Source: an uncultured Gemmatimonadales bacterium
Lineage (GTDB): Bacteria; Gemmatimonadota; Gemmatimonadetes; Longimicrobiales; RSA9
Assembly: GCA_963708135.1 (NCBI GenBank)
Contig: OY970192.1
Coordinates: 1,952,001-2,016,000, forward strand
DNA length: 64,000 nt
Direction of reading: 5' to 3'
Below the pieces are notes generated by a model. It saw nothing but the letters and a program-made list of their open reading frames with translations, did no database searches and was not told the origin of the DNA. This document shows positions 54,654 to 64,000 of this stretch, in pieces. Numbering within the stretch: position 1 is the first letter of the stretch; every line of letters starts with the position of its first letter. The translations under genes were made by a program, and so were the position numbers.

Positions 54654-54947
54654 CGGCGGCGGAGTCCATATCCGATTGATGCTCAGCATGCTTGGGCCCA
54701 GCCGGCTGTGTGGAACGTGTACTCTCACGGATAGCCGAGCGCACCCTTTGCCCCACCACCCCCGTTGACCTCAGGGATCAGGGGCGCCCATGTTGTCGCG
54801 CCGGTGAACTCGTTGCCGGCGGCCCGTTGAAAGTCCCGCCTGTGAGCAGTTCCGCTCCACACGCAGTCGTTGACTACGAATTCGTCGAACACCACCAGCC
54901 TCTGAATGGGTGGACTATAGCGCTCAGGTGCCGCCGCGACGCGCCCG

Positions 54948-56423
54948 TCAGCGCCGCGGCAGTTCCCGTCCGGAACGCACAAAATCCGGTGACCTGGCTA
55001 TAGCCGTTCCCTCGACGCCCCCAGCCTTCGCGCGCGTGGAACAGGAACGCGTGGAGTTCGTGCACAATTCCCCTGCGGGACCTATAAGCCGTTCGCTGCC
55101 CTGAACATTCACTGACGCCCGACGAGCGTCGCTTCCGCAAACACACAGCACCCGCAGAATGTCCGTGTCCAACGAATCCCTGGCCTGCAAAATGACGAGG
55201 GTTGTAGACCCGGCCACGACCGTGCCGTCTGACGGGAGGCGCAGGCTCCCGAGAACTGCCCCGCTGGAGCGGAGTAGCAGCCAATCGGCGGACGCAGCCG
55301 AGGAGTGCGGCGTTTCCCGAACCCACACCGCGTGGTCCGAGGCCCCGATGATCGCATCGTAGCTAGGCAGAACATGGCTCGCCGGAGTGGCGTCCACCGC
55401 TCGCGCATAGGCCGCCCTGATCTTGACCCAGTCACCCGCCGAGAGCGCGCTACGCCATCGTTTCCACTTTTGCTCGGTCGACTGCTCCCGTCTCACGCGC
55501 TCGTGCTCGATATCCTCGTGGGTCGCAGGTTCGTGCCCTATCCTTACCGCCGTGGTTGGCAATTCCCTCCCCTGCATATCGAAGCGTCGCAGCTTCAGTG
55601 AATCACTCGTGCCAACCCACAGGGTCCGCCCCACCAACGCGGAATGCGTCCGCGGACCAAGGATCACGTCCTGGAAACTCCTGAAGCGGGGTTCGCTGTA
55701 CAGCCACGCTCGGGGATTCTGTTGCCGCGTCAGTACTCGGAGTGGGCGGGACCCGCCGTCAAAAAACGTGAACGTGGTCGTATCAATGACCGGCATCTCG
55801 CCCGGCCTGTCCTGAGCGCTGCCCCGGGAGCCTCGATCAGCAAAAACCACTGAACACCCGGAGACAAATCCGACCAACGTGGGCCGGAGCTGAGAGAATG
55901 CGGACAAAGAGGGATGCCACGTAGCAAGCACCGCACCTTGGCTAGAGAGGTGCGTAACTCTGACGAGCTGGACATCCCAGATACACAGGCCTCCAACTGG
56001 ATCGAAGCCGATCCTCCCAATGGCCTCCGTCATCCCGGGCCCGCTGCCGCGGCCCCCGAAACTGCGAAGGTACCTCCCGCCTAGCGTGAATAGCTCCACT
56101 CGCTGAGTGTACTCGTCAGCCACGGCGAGAAGGCTGTCGGCAAACATTGCGACGCCCCGGATCTTGCCGAAGGCTGCGGGACCTTCTGCCGCCGCCCCCC
56201 CGATCCTAGCTATCTCCCGGTATCGAAGCGCCGGGTATCCATCTGTCCGCATTTGGCCGTTGGCGGGATCCCCGCCTGCACACGCGCCTGCTGGCGCACC
56301 CAGAGCAACCCACAAGAGAACGAGGTAAGCCGAGCATCTGTGCCGGGTATCCGAGACTCTGGCGGCTCCAATGCGGCACGCGATCGGAAACTGACGCACC
56401 CTACCGCTGTTGCCGGCCCCCAA
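54948..56423 (-). CDS. Six-bladed beta-propeller-like lipoprotein (cassette 3); start and C-terminus uncertain
   Basis: Lipobox AGAC, GRYLRSFGGRGSGPG, LPSYD..AVWVRE, RDSLDT; visibly lower GC. Confidence 0.72.
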   Translation of the reverse strand: MGAGNSGRVRQFPIACRIGAARVSDTRHRCSAYLVLLWVALGAPAGACAGGDPANGQMRTDGYPALRYREIARIGGAAAEGPAAFGKIRGVAMFADSLLAVADEYTQRVELFTLGGRYLRSFGGRGSGPGMTEAIGRIGFDPVGGLCIWDVQLVRVTHLSSQGAVLATWHPSLSAFSQLRPTLVGFVSGCSVVFADRGSRGSAQDRPGEMPVIDTTTFTFFDGGSRPLRVLTRQQNPRAWLYSEPRFRSFQDVILGPRTHSALVGRTLWVGTSDSLKLRRFDMQGRELPTTAVRIGHEPATHEDIEHERVRREQSTEQKWKRWRSALSAGDWVKIRAAYARAVDATPASHVLPSYDAIIGASDHAVWVRETPHSSAASADWLLLRSSGAVLGSLRLPSDGTVVAGSTTLVILQARDSLDTDILRVLCVCGSDARRASVNVQGSERLIGPAGELCTNSTRSCSTRAKAGGVEGTAIARSPDFVRSGRELPRR

Positions 56424-56434
56424 ACATGACCTCC

Positions 56435-57095
56435 CAGTACTGTCCGGTTAAGCTGAGATGATGATGCCGTAACGGATTGCTACATGGTGCGTTACGACGT
56501 TTTGGTTGCCGCACCGATTTGAACTTCGCTCCTGCGCCGCTATCCTGCCCGGACCCCCCGGCCGGAGTAGCGCATGAATCCCGGAAGCACGGTTTTCTCA
56601 CAGGTGATGGCCCACGCATCTCGCTTCGCGCTCGATCGGTGCATCCGCCGCTACCACGGCAACCGGAGGGTCCGACGTTTCTCGTGTCGGGACCAGTTCC
56701 TCGCCATGGCCTTTGCCCAGCTCACCTACCGGGAGAGCCTGCGGGACCTCGAGGCCACCCTCGGGGCGGCCCCCGAGAAGCTGTACCATCTTGGCTTCCG
56801 TTCGCCGCTCTCTCGCAGCACGCTCGCCGATGCGAACGAGAATCGCGACTGGCGCATCTACGCCGATTTCGCTCAACGCCTGATCGCAGACGCGCGTCGG
56901 CTCTACGCCGACGACACGTTGGGGATCGAGCTCACGAACACCGTCTACGCGCTGGATTCCACCACGATCGACCTGTGTTTGTCGCTGTTCCCCTGGGCCT
57001 CGTTTCGTACGAGCAAAGGCGGCGTGAAGCTGCATACACTGCTCGACTTGGCAGGCAGGATCCCCGCCTACGCCTGGATCACGGACGCGAGCACC
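56435..57095 (+). mobile_element. Truncated IS4-family (DUF4372-type) element
   Basis: Left end cagtactgtccggttaag; ORF from 56574 has FSCRDQFLAMAFAQLTYRESLRD, SRSTLADANE.RDWRIY, DSTTIDLC, KLHTLLD, then breaks off before the rest of the DDE domain. Confidence 0.88.
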
Positions 57096-57365
57096 AAGGG
57101 AGCCAAGCCGCAACTGCGAATCAGCAACGCCCATGCCCCGTTTCTCCAGTTAAGGGCGCATTTTGTAACCGATGCTACAGCAATGCGTTGGGCCGTCCGC
57201 TTCGCCTCGCAGGGGGCATCACCGGACTGCAAGTCACGTTGCGGCGAACGGCGCTCGTCGGCGTGAGCATCTCTCGTAAGTCATTGCAGCGTAAGCGTCT
57301 GTCAGTGAGCGCAAAGACTAGCGAGAGGGTCCGCTAGAATCTTTGCAGCCCCAACAGTGCTGCAT

Positions 57366-58406
57366 CTACGGTGTGCGTCCGAATACCGATGCCTCAATCC
57401 CGAGTCTCTTCGCCCGTGCCTGCAAGGCCTGTCGCGACATGTTCAGCCTGCGTGCGGCCTCGGAGAAGTTCCAGCCGGCCGCTTGGAGGTGCTTCACGAG
57501 GAGCCGTTTCTCGAACTCTGCCATCAGGACCTTGTAACCGGCATGCCCGCCGCCGGGCCTGGCCGCGGCGGATCGCGGCCTGAGCGCCCTTTCCATATCG
57601 GCAGCCCCGATCTCGACGTGCTCGTCATCGCAGTGGAGAGAGGCACGCGCTAGCACATTCTGCAACTCGCGGACGTTCCCGGCCCACGGGTGCGCGAGGA
57701 GGAGCGCTATGGCGCCCGGTGTCGGGTGGAGCACCGGAATCGAGTACCGTTCGGCCTGACGCTCAAGAAACTCTTCCACGAGCAACGGGATATCGTCTGT
57801 TCGCTCCCGGAGCGGCGGCAGGTGAACCGCGATCACATCGAGGCGGTACCACAGATCGTCCCGGAACCGACCCGCCTCGACTTCCGCCGCAAGTGGCGTG
57901 TTGGTCGCGCAGACAACCCGCACGTTGACCGTTCGCGGCCGGACGCGTCCGAGCGGCACGACCTGCCCGGTCTCCAACACGCGCAGGAGCTGCCCCTGGA
58001 CCTCAAGCGGGAGTGAATTGATCTCGTCCAGGAACAGCGTGCCGCCATCCGCCTCCACGAATGCTCCCGGCGTATCGCGGTCGGCGCCGGTGAACGCACC
58101 CTTGACGTGGCCGAACAGGCGGCTCGCGGCCAGGTCGCGAAGGCCGGCGCCGTTCAGGCACACCAGCGGCCCCTTCCGCTTCCAGGCCGCGTGGAGTCCG
58201 CGGGCCGCCAGCTCCTTCCCCGTCCCGGTTTCCCCCACGAGGAGGACGGGCTCCGCCCTGCGACTCGCGAGCGCGAGCATCCGGCGTGCCTGCCGCATTG
58301 CCTCGCTGCCGCCCAGCAGCGCGGCGAACGGATCACCGTCCGGAGCTGAACGAACCTGCCCGAACGGCTGTGTTCGCCGGCTCTCCGGCACCTGCATGCT
58401 GGACAT
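57366..58406 (-). CDS. Sigma54-dependent enhancer-binding protein (AAA+ plus HTH, no sensory domain)
   Basis: [39 protein letters not shown], Fis-type HTH; AGGAGG before the ATG. Confidence 0.9.
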   Translation of the reverse strand: MSSMQVPESRRTQPFGQVRSAPDGDPFAALLGGSEAMRQARRMLALASRRAEPVLLVGETGTGKELAARGLHAAWKRKGPLVCLNGAGLRDLAASRLFGHVKGAFTGADRDTPGAFVEADGGTLFLDEINSLPLEVQGQLLRVLETGQVVPLGRVRPRTVNVRVVCATNTPLAAEVEAGRFRDDLWYRLDVIAVHLPPLRERTDDIPLLVEEFLERQAERYSIPVLHPTPGAIALLLAHPWAGNVRELQNVLARASLHCDDEHVEIGAADMERALRPRSAAARPGGGHAGYKVLMAEFEKRLLVKHLQAAGWNFSEAARRLNMSRQALQARAKRLGIEASVFGRTP

Positions 58407-61400
58407 ACTCCTCCTGGGCTTTGGGCGCCCGAGCGGATTCCACCACCTCGTACACGACCGGCACCACGATCAGCGTCAACGTCGTGGACGTCACCAGCCC
58501 CCCAAACAGCGCGATGGCGAGCGGCGCCTGCAGCCCCGCGCCGGCGCCGATCCCGAGCGCCATGGGCAGCACCCCCAGCATTGTCGTCACGGAGGTGAGC
58601 ACGATGGGCCGCAGCCGCGCGCGGCCGGCGGCGTGGATCGCCTCGCGGAGTGGCATCCCCTCGCGGCGCAGGCGGTTGATGAAGTCGATCTTCACGACGG
58701 CGTCGTTCTCGGCGATGCCGGCGAGCACGACGAGGCCGATGAGGGAGACGCTGTTGAGGCCGGCGCCGCTGATCCAAAGCGTCAGGAATGCGCCGACGAG
58801 GGCGAGCGGCACGCTGAGCAGCATGATGACGGGTTGGAGGAAGCTCTCGAACTCGGCGGCGAGGATCATGTAGACGAGGAGCATGGCGACGGCGAAGGCG
58901 AACGCCAGACCGCGGAAGGCGCGGCGCATCTCCTCGTTCGCGCCGCCGACCTCGACCTGGACGCCGGCCGGCGGGTCCAGGCCGGTGAGCGCCTGGCGGA
59001 TCTCGCGCACCGCGTGATCGAGGCCGCCGCGCGCCACGTCCGCGAGCACGGGGACGACCTGCGCCTGGTTGGCGCGGCGCACCTCCGCGGGGCCGAGGCG
59101 GGTCCGGCTTCGGACCAGCTCCCGGAGCGGAACGCCGGCGACGCGCAGCAGCCCGAGCGCCTCCGCGGAGCGCCGGTCGGCGGCCGGCAGCCGGACCAGG
59201 ACGGGCACCTTGCGGTCGAAGTCGACGAGCCGGGTGGCGACCCTCCCGCGCGTGTAGTCCGCCACCGCGTCGGCGACGCGGCTCGGCTCGATGCCGTATG
59301 CGGCGGCGGCCTCGCGGTCGACGCCGATCTCGATCTCGGGCTGCCCCAGCTCCGTGCCGAGGCGCACGTTGGTGACGTCGCCGAGATGCGCGAGGCGGTC
59401 CTCGACACGGCGCGCATACGCCAGCGAGCCGTCCAGGTCCTCGCCCCGGACGCGGACGGCGATGTCCGCATTGCCGGCGCCGAGCAGCATGCCGAGCGAC
59501 GTCGCCTGACCCTGCTCGACGTCCACCTCGCCGGGCGGCAGTCCGCGCAGCCGCGCGCGCAGGCGGCGCACGACGGGAGCGGTGGCGCGGCCAGGCCGCA
59601 GCCGCACGTCGAGGACGGCCGTGTTCAGCCCGCTCGTCTCGTCGCTGCCGGCCACGGCGGCCTGGCGGCCGATGCGGGCGAGGACCGAGGCGACGTCGCC
59701 GTCGCGCCGCAGCGCCGCCTCGACCCGCGCGGCCTCCTCCGACGTCGCCTCGAGCGTCGAGCCGCGGGGCCGCTCGATGCGCACGCGGAAGGCGCCCTGG
59801 TCCACGCGCGGGAGCACGCTGCGTGGCAGCGCGAACCCGGCGAGGGCGCCCAGGCCGAGCAGCAGCGCGGCCGCGGCGAGGGTGCGGGCCCGCCGCCGGA
59901 GCGCGGCATCGAGAACGCGCTCGTAGGCGGCGGCGAAGCGGGCGTAGCCGCGGTCCACGGCGGCGAAGACGAGCGCCCGCGAGCCATCGCCCGCGGCCGC
60001 CCAGCGCGCCGCGAGCGCGGGCACCACCGTGAACGCCACCAGCACGCTGGCGAGCAGCGAGAAGGCCACGGAAAGCGAGAGCGCGCCGAACAGCCTGCCG
60101 GCCACGCCCTGGACGTAGATGATCGGCCCGAACACCGCCACCGTCGTGAGGGTGGAGGCGAGCACGGCGCGCTGGACCTCATCCGCGCCGAGCACGGCCG
60201 CCACGCCGGCCGGCCGCCCGGATTCGCGATGGCGCACGACGTTCTCGACCACGACGATCGCGTTGTCGACGAGCATGCCGATGCCGAGGGCGAGGCCGCC
60301 CAGCGTCATGAGGTTGAGCGTGGCGCCGGCGGCGTCCAGGAGCGAGAAGGCGGCGAGGACGGAAAGCGGGATGGCCGTGGCGATGGCGAGGGGGTAGCGG
60401 ACGTCGCCGAGGAAGAGGAAGAGCACGAGGAAGGCGAGCAGCCCGCCGAAGACGACCTGCTGCTCGACCGTGCCGATGGCGGCGCGGATGAAGCCGGCCT
60501 GACTGCTGGCCACGGCCAGCCGGACGCGCGGGTACTCGCGGCGGAGCTGGGCGAGCACCGCGTCCACGCGCGCCGCCACGCGCGCCGTGTTGGCGCCCGA
60601 TTCCTTGAAGACGAGCAGCGCGACGGCCTCCCGGCCGTCGTAGCGCACGATGGACTCCCGCTCCCTGAAGCCGTCCTCGACGGAAGCGACGTCTCCCACC
60701 GTGAGCGCGCCGCCCGCGCTGTCGTCTCCGGGCAGCGCCACCGCGCGGATCTCGCCGGCGCCGGCAAGCTCGCCCGAGGTGCGCAGCGGGTAGCGGAAGC
60801 GGCCGCGCAGGATCGTGCCGCCCGGCGCGCTGGCGTTCGCCGCGTCAATGGCGGCGGAGACGTCGCCGATGGAAAGGCCGTGACTCTCGAGCGCCGCGGG
60901 GTCGACGGCCACGTGGACCTCGCGCTCGAGCCCGCCGGTCACCGCCGCCTGCGCCACGCCATCGATCTGCTCGAGGCGACGCTTCACGACCGAGCGCGCC
61001 AGCGCCTCGAGCGCCGCCAGGTCGCCGCCGCCGCCGGCCACGGTCACGGCGAGGATCGGCTCGCTACGCGGGTCGGTGCGAAGCACGGCGGGCCGGTCCG
61101 CGCGCTCGGGAAGGCCGCCGGCCAGGTTGTCGAGCTTCTCGCGCACGCCGAGGACGGCGAAGTCCATGTCCGTGCCCCAGGAGAAGCGGAGCGTCACGAG
61201 CGAGATGCCCTCGCGGCTCGAGCTCTCGACGTGGAGCACGCCCGGCACGGTGGAGACGGCCTGCTCGATGGGCTCGGTGACGAAGCGGGCCACCTCCGCC
61301 GGCGCCACGTCGGGGTACGCGGTCGAGACCACGAGCTGCGGGTAGGCGATGTCCGGCAGCAGGTCGATGGGCAGCCGGCCAAGCGAGATCGCGCCGACCA

Positions 61401-61467
61401 TGGCCACGGCCAGGAAGAACATGGCCACGGCCACGGGCCGTCGGGCGGAGACGGAGGGAAGCGACAC
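58333..61467 (-). CDS. RND (AcrB-family) efflux permease, RND-B
   Basis: [56 protein letters not shown]. Confidence 0.94.
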   Translation of the reverse strand: MSLPSVSARRPVAVAMFFLAVAMVGAISLGRLPIDLLPDIAYPQLVVSTAYPDVAPAEVARFVTEPIEQAVSTVPGVLHVESSSREGISLVTLRFSWGTDMDFAVLGVREKLDNLAGGLPERADRPAVLRTDPRSEPILAVTVAGGGGDLAALEALARSVVKRRLEQIDGVAQAAVTGGLEREVHVAVDPAALESHGLSIGDVSAAIDAANASAPGGTILRGRFRYPLRTSGELAGAGEIRAVALPGDDSAGGALTVGDVASVEDGFRERESIVRYDGREAVALLVFKESGANTARVAARVDAVLAQLRREYPRVRLAVASSQAGFIRAAIGTVEQQVVFGGLLAFLVLFLFLGDVRYPLAIATAIPLSVLAAFSLLDAAGATLNLMTLGGLALGIGMLVDNAIVVVENVVRHRESGRPAGVAAVLGADEVQRAVLASTLTTVAVFGPIIYVQGVAGRLFGALSLSVAFSLLASVLVAFTVVPALAARWAAAGDGSRALVFAAVDRGYARFAAAYERVLDAALRRRARTLAAAALLLGLGALAGFALPRSVLPRVDQGAFRVRIERPRGSTLEATSEEAARVEAALRRDGDVASVLARIGRQAAVAGSDETSGLNTAVLDVRLRPGRATAPVVRRLRARLRGLPPGEVDVEQGQATSLGMLLGAGNADIAVRVRGEDLDGSLAYARRVEDRLAHLGDVTNVRLGTELGQPEIEIGVDREAAAAYGIEPSRVADAVADYTRGRVATRLVDFDRKVPVLVRLPAADRRSAEALGLLRVAGVPLRELVRSRTRLGPAEVRRANQAQVVPVLADVARGGLDHAVREIRQALTGLDPPAGVQVEVGGANEEMRRAFRGLAFAFAVAMLLVYMILAAEFESFLQPVIMLLSVPLALVGAFLTLWISGAGLNSVSLIGLVVLAGIAENDAVVKIDFINRLRREGMPLREAIHAAGRARLRPIVLTSVTTMLGVLPMALGIGAGAGLQAPLAIALFGGLVTSTTLTLIVVPVVYEVVESARAPKAQEEYVQHAGAGEPANTAVRAGSFSSGR

Positions 61468-61474
61468 GGCGCCC

Positions 61475-62845
61475 TCAGGGCTCCGGCACCACGGGTCCGC
61501 CGACGGCCTCCTCGAGCGCGGCCACGGCGAGAGCCCAGCCGTAGCGGGCCTCCACGGCCTGTCGCTCGGCCGCGGCGGCGCGGTCGATCAGCGTCTGCAG
61601 CTCGGTGAACGAGAGGGCGCCGAGCTCGTACTTGCGCTGCGCCAGCCCGATCCGCTCGCGGCTGAGCGAGTCGGCCTGCTCCGCCAGCGTCACGGCGCCA
61701 CGCGCGACGCGCAGGTCCACCAGCGCGGAGCGCACGCCCGCCTCGACGGCGAAGCGCTCCGCGCGCAGATCCTGCTCGGCCGCCGTGCGCGCCACATCCG
61801 CGGCCGCCACCGCCGCGGAGGTGCGCAGGTTGTCGAAGAGGGGGAGCGATGCCGAGAGCCCGAAGTAGAGGGTGCGATTCTGCGGGTTCAGCTCGCCGAG
61901 CGCGCCATAGTTGGTGAGGCTCATCGAGCGGCCGAGCCCGGCGTTGAGGCTGAGCCGGGGCCAGCGCCCGCCACGGGCGCCGGCCGCCCGGGCCGACGCG
62001 GCGCGCGCGTCCGCCCGCGCAGCCGCGAGCGCCGGGTGCGCCGAGAGCGCACGGGCCAGGAGTCGGTCGGCCGGGAGCGAATCGGCATCGAAGTCGGCCG
62101 GGAAGTCGTCCGTGAGCACGTAGGCGACGCTGCCGGGCTCCTCCCCCATCGCCTGTGCCAGCGCCAGGTCCGCCTTCTCGACCTCGCCCTCCGCGCGCGC
62201 GACGGCTTGTTGCTGCGCCGCCACATCCACGCGTGCGCCCAGCACGTCGGCCGGATCGGTGCGCGCCACGCGCAGCATGGCCTCCGTTCCGGCCAGCCGC
62301 TCGCGCGCGGAGGCGAGGAGCCGCCGCTCGAGCTCGACGACCCGGCGCGCACGCACGGCCTGGTAGTAGCGGCCGGCGACCTCGGCGCGCAGGCGCAGCG
62401 CCTCGCTCGCGGCGGTCGCGTTGGCCGCGTCCGCATCGGCGCGCGCCGCCCGCAAGGCGCTCACGTTGGCCAGGCCATCGAAGAGGTCGAGGGAAGCGGA
62501 GAGCGACTGGCTCGTGCTGCTGTTGCGGAAGTCCTCCGGCGTGTCCAGCCGGCGCGGGCGGCCGAAGTCGTCCTCGCCCGTGACCGCGCGCGAATCGTTA
62601 CCCGACATGTTGATTCCGGCGGAGAGCGACGGCAGAAATGCCGCCCACGCGCGCCGGGTCCCGGCGCTCGCCGCATCCACCGCCGCCACCGTTTTCCGGT
62701 AGGCGGGCGCCCGATCGAGCGCCCCGCGCACGGCATCGGGGAGGGAGAGACGGAGGGTGTCGGAGGCGGAAGGCCGCTGCGCGCCGGCGGCGCGCGGCGG
62801 GAGCGTCGCCAGAAGGGTCAGGGCGAGAAGGAACGGGCGGCGCAT
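61475..62845 (-). CDS. TolC-family outer membrane factor
   Basis: Signal peptide, LSLPDAV, P.LSL, LPLFD, RKYELG repeat architecture. Confidence 0.9.
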   Translation of the reverse strand: MRRPFLLALTLLATLPPRAAGAQRPSASDTLRLSLPDAVRGALDRAPAYRKTVAAVDAASAGTRRAWAAFLPSLSAGINMSGNDSRAVTGEDDFGRPRRLDTPEDFRNSSTSQSLSASLDLFDGLANVSALRAARADADAANATAASEALRLRAEVAGRYYQAVRARRVVELERRLLASARERLAGTEAMLRVARTDPADVLGARVDVAAQQQAVARAEGEVEKADLALAQAMGEEPGSVAYVLTDDFPADFDADSLPADRLLARALSAHPALAAARADARAASARAAGARGGRWPRLSLNAGLGRSMSLTNYGALGELNPQNRTLYFGLSASLPLFDNLRTSAAVAAADVARTAAEQDLRAERFAVEAGVRSALVDLRVARGAVTLAEQADSLSRERIGLAQRKYELGALSFTELQTLIDRAAAAERQAVEARYGWALAVAALEEAVGGPVVPEP

Positions 62846-62852
62846 GGGGCCG

Positions 62853-64000
62853 CTACTCCGGCCGGCCGCCGGCGGCCGCGGCGTGCGCCACCAGCCGCAC
62901 GCGCGCGTCGTGGACGAGGGTGTACTGCCCGCCGGTCAGCACGATCTCGCCCGGGCGGACGCTGTCCGTCTCCGGGTTCGGCACGATCTCGACGAGGGAA
63001 TCGTTGGTCAGGCCGGTGGTGACGTAGCGCCACTTGGCGAGCCCGGAGGAGGGACCGTCCGGCGCGTAGACGAAGAGCATCGTGCGCCGGTCGCGCTCGA
63101 GGATGGCCGAGCGCGGCACGAGCACGCGGCCGGGCAGGCGGCGCGCCTCGAGCGAGACCCGGGCGTACATCCCCGGCAGGATGCGGCCGCGCGGGTTCGC
63201 CACCTCGACCGTGACCGTGGCCGCGCGGCTCCGCCGATCCACCTCGGGGTTGATCGCCGCGATCCGCCCCGCGACCGGGGCGCCGGGAAACGCCGAGAAG
63301 GCGACGCTCGCGCGGCCGCCGGGACGCAGGCGGGCGAGATCCCCCTCGAGCACCTGGACCTCGACCCGGATCGGATCCACGTCGAGCACCGTGAGCAGCG
63401 GATCCCCCGGCCGGACCCACTGCCCCGGCGTCACCTTCACGTCCGCCACCCGGCCCGCGAACGGCGCCGTCACGCGCGTCTCCGCCAGCCGGTAGGCCGC
63501 CCGCCGCACCGCCACCTCCGCCGCGTCCAGGCCACTTCTGGCCCGCGCCGCCTCCGCCCGCTCGGCCCGCACCCGCGCGTCGTCGATCCGGTCGTCGAAG
63601 AGCGTCAGCTCGCGGTAGCTGGCCTGCGCCTGCCGCAGCTGCGCCGCCGCCGCGTCCCGGTCCAAAACGTATTCCGTCGAGTCCAGCGTGACGAGCGCGC
63701 GCCCGGCCGCCACGCTCGCGTCCTCCCCCGCCGAGACGGCCAGCACCCGCCCCGCGACGCGCGCCAGGAGGACCGCCGAGCGCGCCGGCGCGGCCTCCGC
63801 CGCCGCGGACACCGACAGGACCAGCGTCCCCCGCTCCGCCGGCACGCCCTCCACCGGGATGGCGAGACCGCTGCCCGCCGACTCGCGGCCCGCGTCATCG
63901 CCCGGCGAGACCATGGACGCCGCCGCGGCGTCCAGGTCATCCCCGCCCGCATCCGCCGCGGCCGAGTGCCGATGGAGGACGAGGAACCCGAGGAGAACGA
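62853..64000 (-). CDS. RND periplasmic adaptor (MFP); 5' end outside window
   Basis: ARVAGRV..V..G..L lipoyl half-motifs, VTAPFAG, ILPGMYA, VPRSAI; frame stays open to the window edge through a TM segment. Confidence 0.9.
   Translation of the reverse strand, partial: VLLGFLVLHRHSAAADAGGDDLDAAAASMVSPGDDAGRESAGSGLAIPVEGVPAERGTLVLSVSAAAEAAPARSAVLLARVAGRVLAVSAGEDASVAAGRALVTLDSTEYVLDRDAAAAQLRQAQASYRELTLFDDRIDDARVRAERAEAARARSGLDAAEVAVRRAAYRLAETRVTAPFAGRVADVKVTPGQWVRPGDPLLTVLDVDPIRVEVQVLEGDLARLRPGGRASVAFSAFPGAPVAGRIAAINPEVDRRSRAATVTVEVANPRGRILPGMYARVSLEARRLPGRVLVPRSAILERDRRTMLFVYAPDGPSSGLAKWRYVTTGLTNDSLVEIVPNPETDSVRPGEIVLTGGQYTLVHDARVRLVAHAAAAGGRPE

Noticed and set aside
54660..55100. Short ORFs (54692-55003, 54725-54982) as possible RiPP precursors
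   Set aside because: No clear RBS, leader motif or modifying enzymes nearby; the region looks like degenerate sequence.
57179..57196. Possible sigma54 promoter CGGCCCAACGCATTGC on the minus strand
   Set aside because: GG-to-GC spacing is 11 rather than the required 10; not called as a feature.
53271..59751. Diversity-generating retroelement template/variable repeat pair
   Set aside because: No reverse transcriptase in the window, only three mismatches, and the repeat is internal to an RND gene rather than at a variable C-terminus.

Overview
Very GC-rich bacterial DNA. Gene content and order suggest a Gemmatimonadota-like organism (inference only). Positions 1-45450 are mostly housekeeping and metabolic genes. 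They include acyl-CoA enzymes, a frameshifted sodium:solute symporter, rplU-rpmA, RNase E/G, RecQ, a secreted GH15 glucoamylase, an AtuA/carboxyltransferase/B12 acyl-CoA mutase cluster whose mutase has isobutyryl-CoA-mutase-type residues, aspS-phoH-HD-ybeY, rlmN, panBC, an Rqc2-like gene, trpCFBA interrupted by HEAT-repeat and HD-GYP genes, and lexA. Positions ~45450-64000 form an accessory locus. A tripartite efflux system (MFP, TolC, two different RND permeases) and a sensor-less sigma54 activator enclose a variable array of secreted six-bladed beta-propeller-like proteins, an LptC-like lipoprotein and IS relics. Pieces of the RND genes (start, middle, end) are duplicated at cassette junctions, and a toxin-antitoxin pair sits between ~240-bp direct repeats. 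This suggests a cassette-accumulating locus anchored on the RND genes. No tRNA, rRNA or CRISPR array was recognised. All calls come from reading the sequence; no database searches were run.
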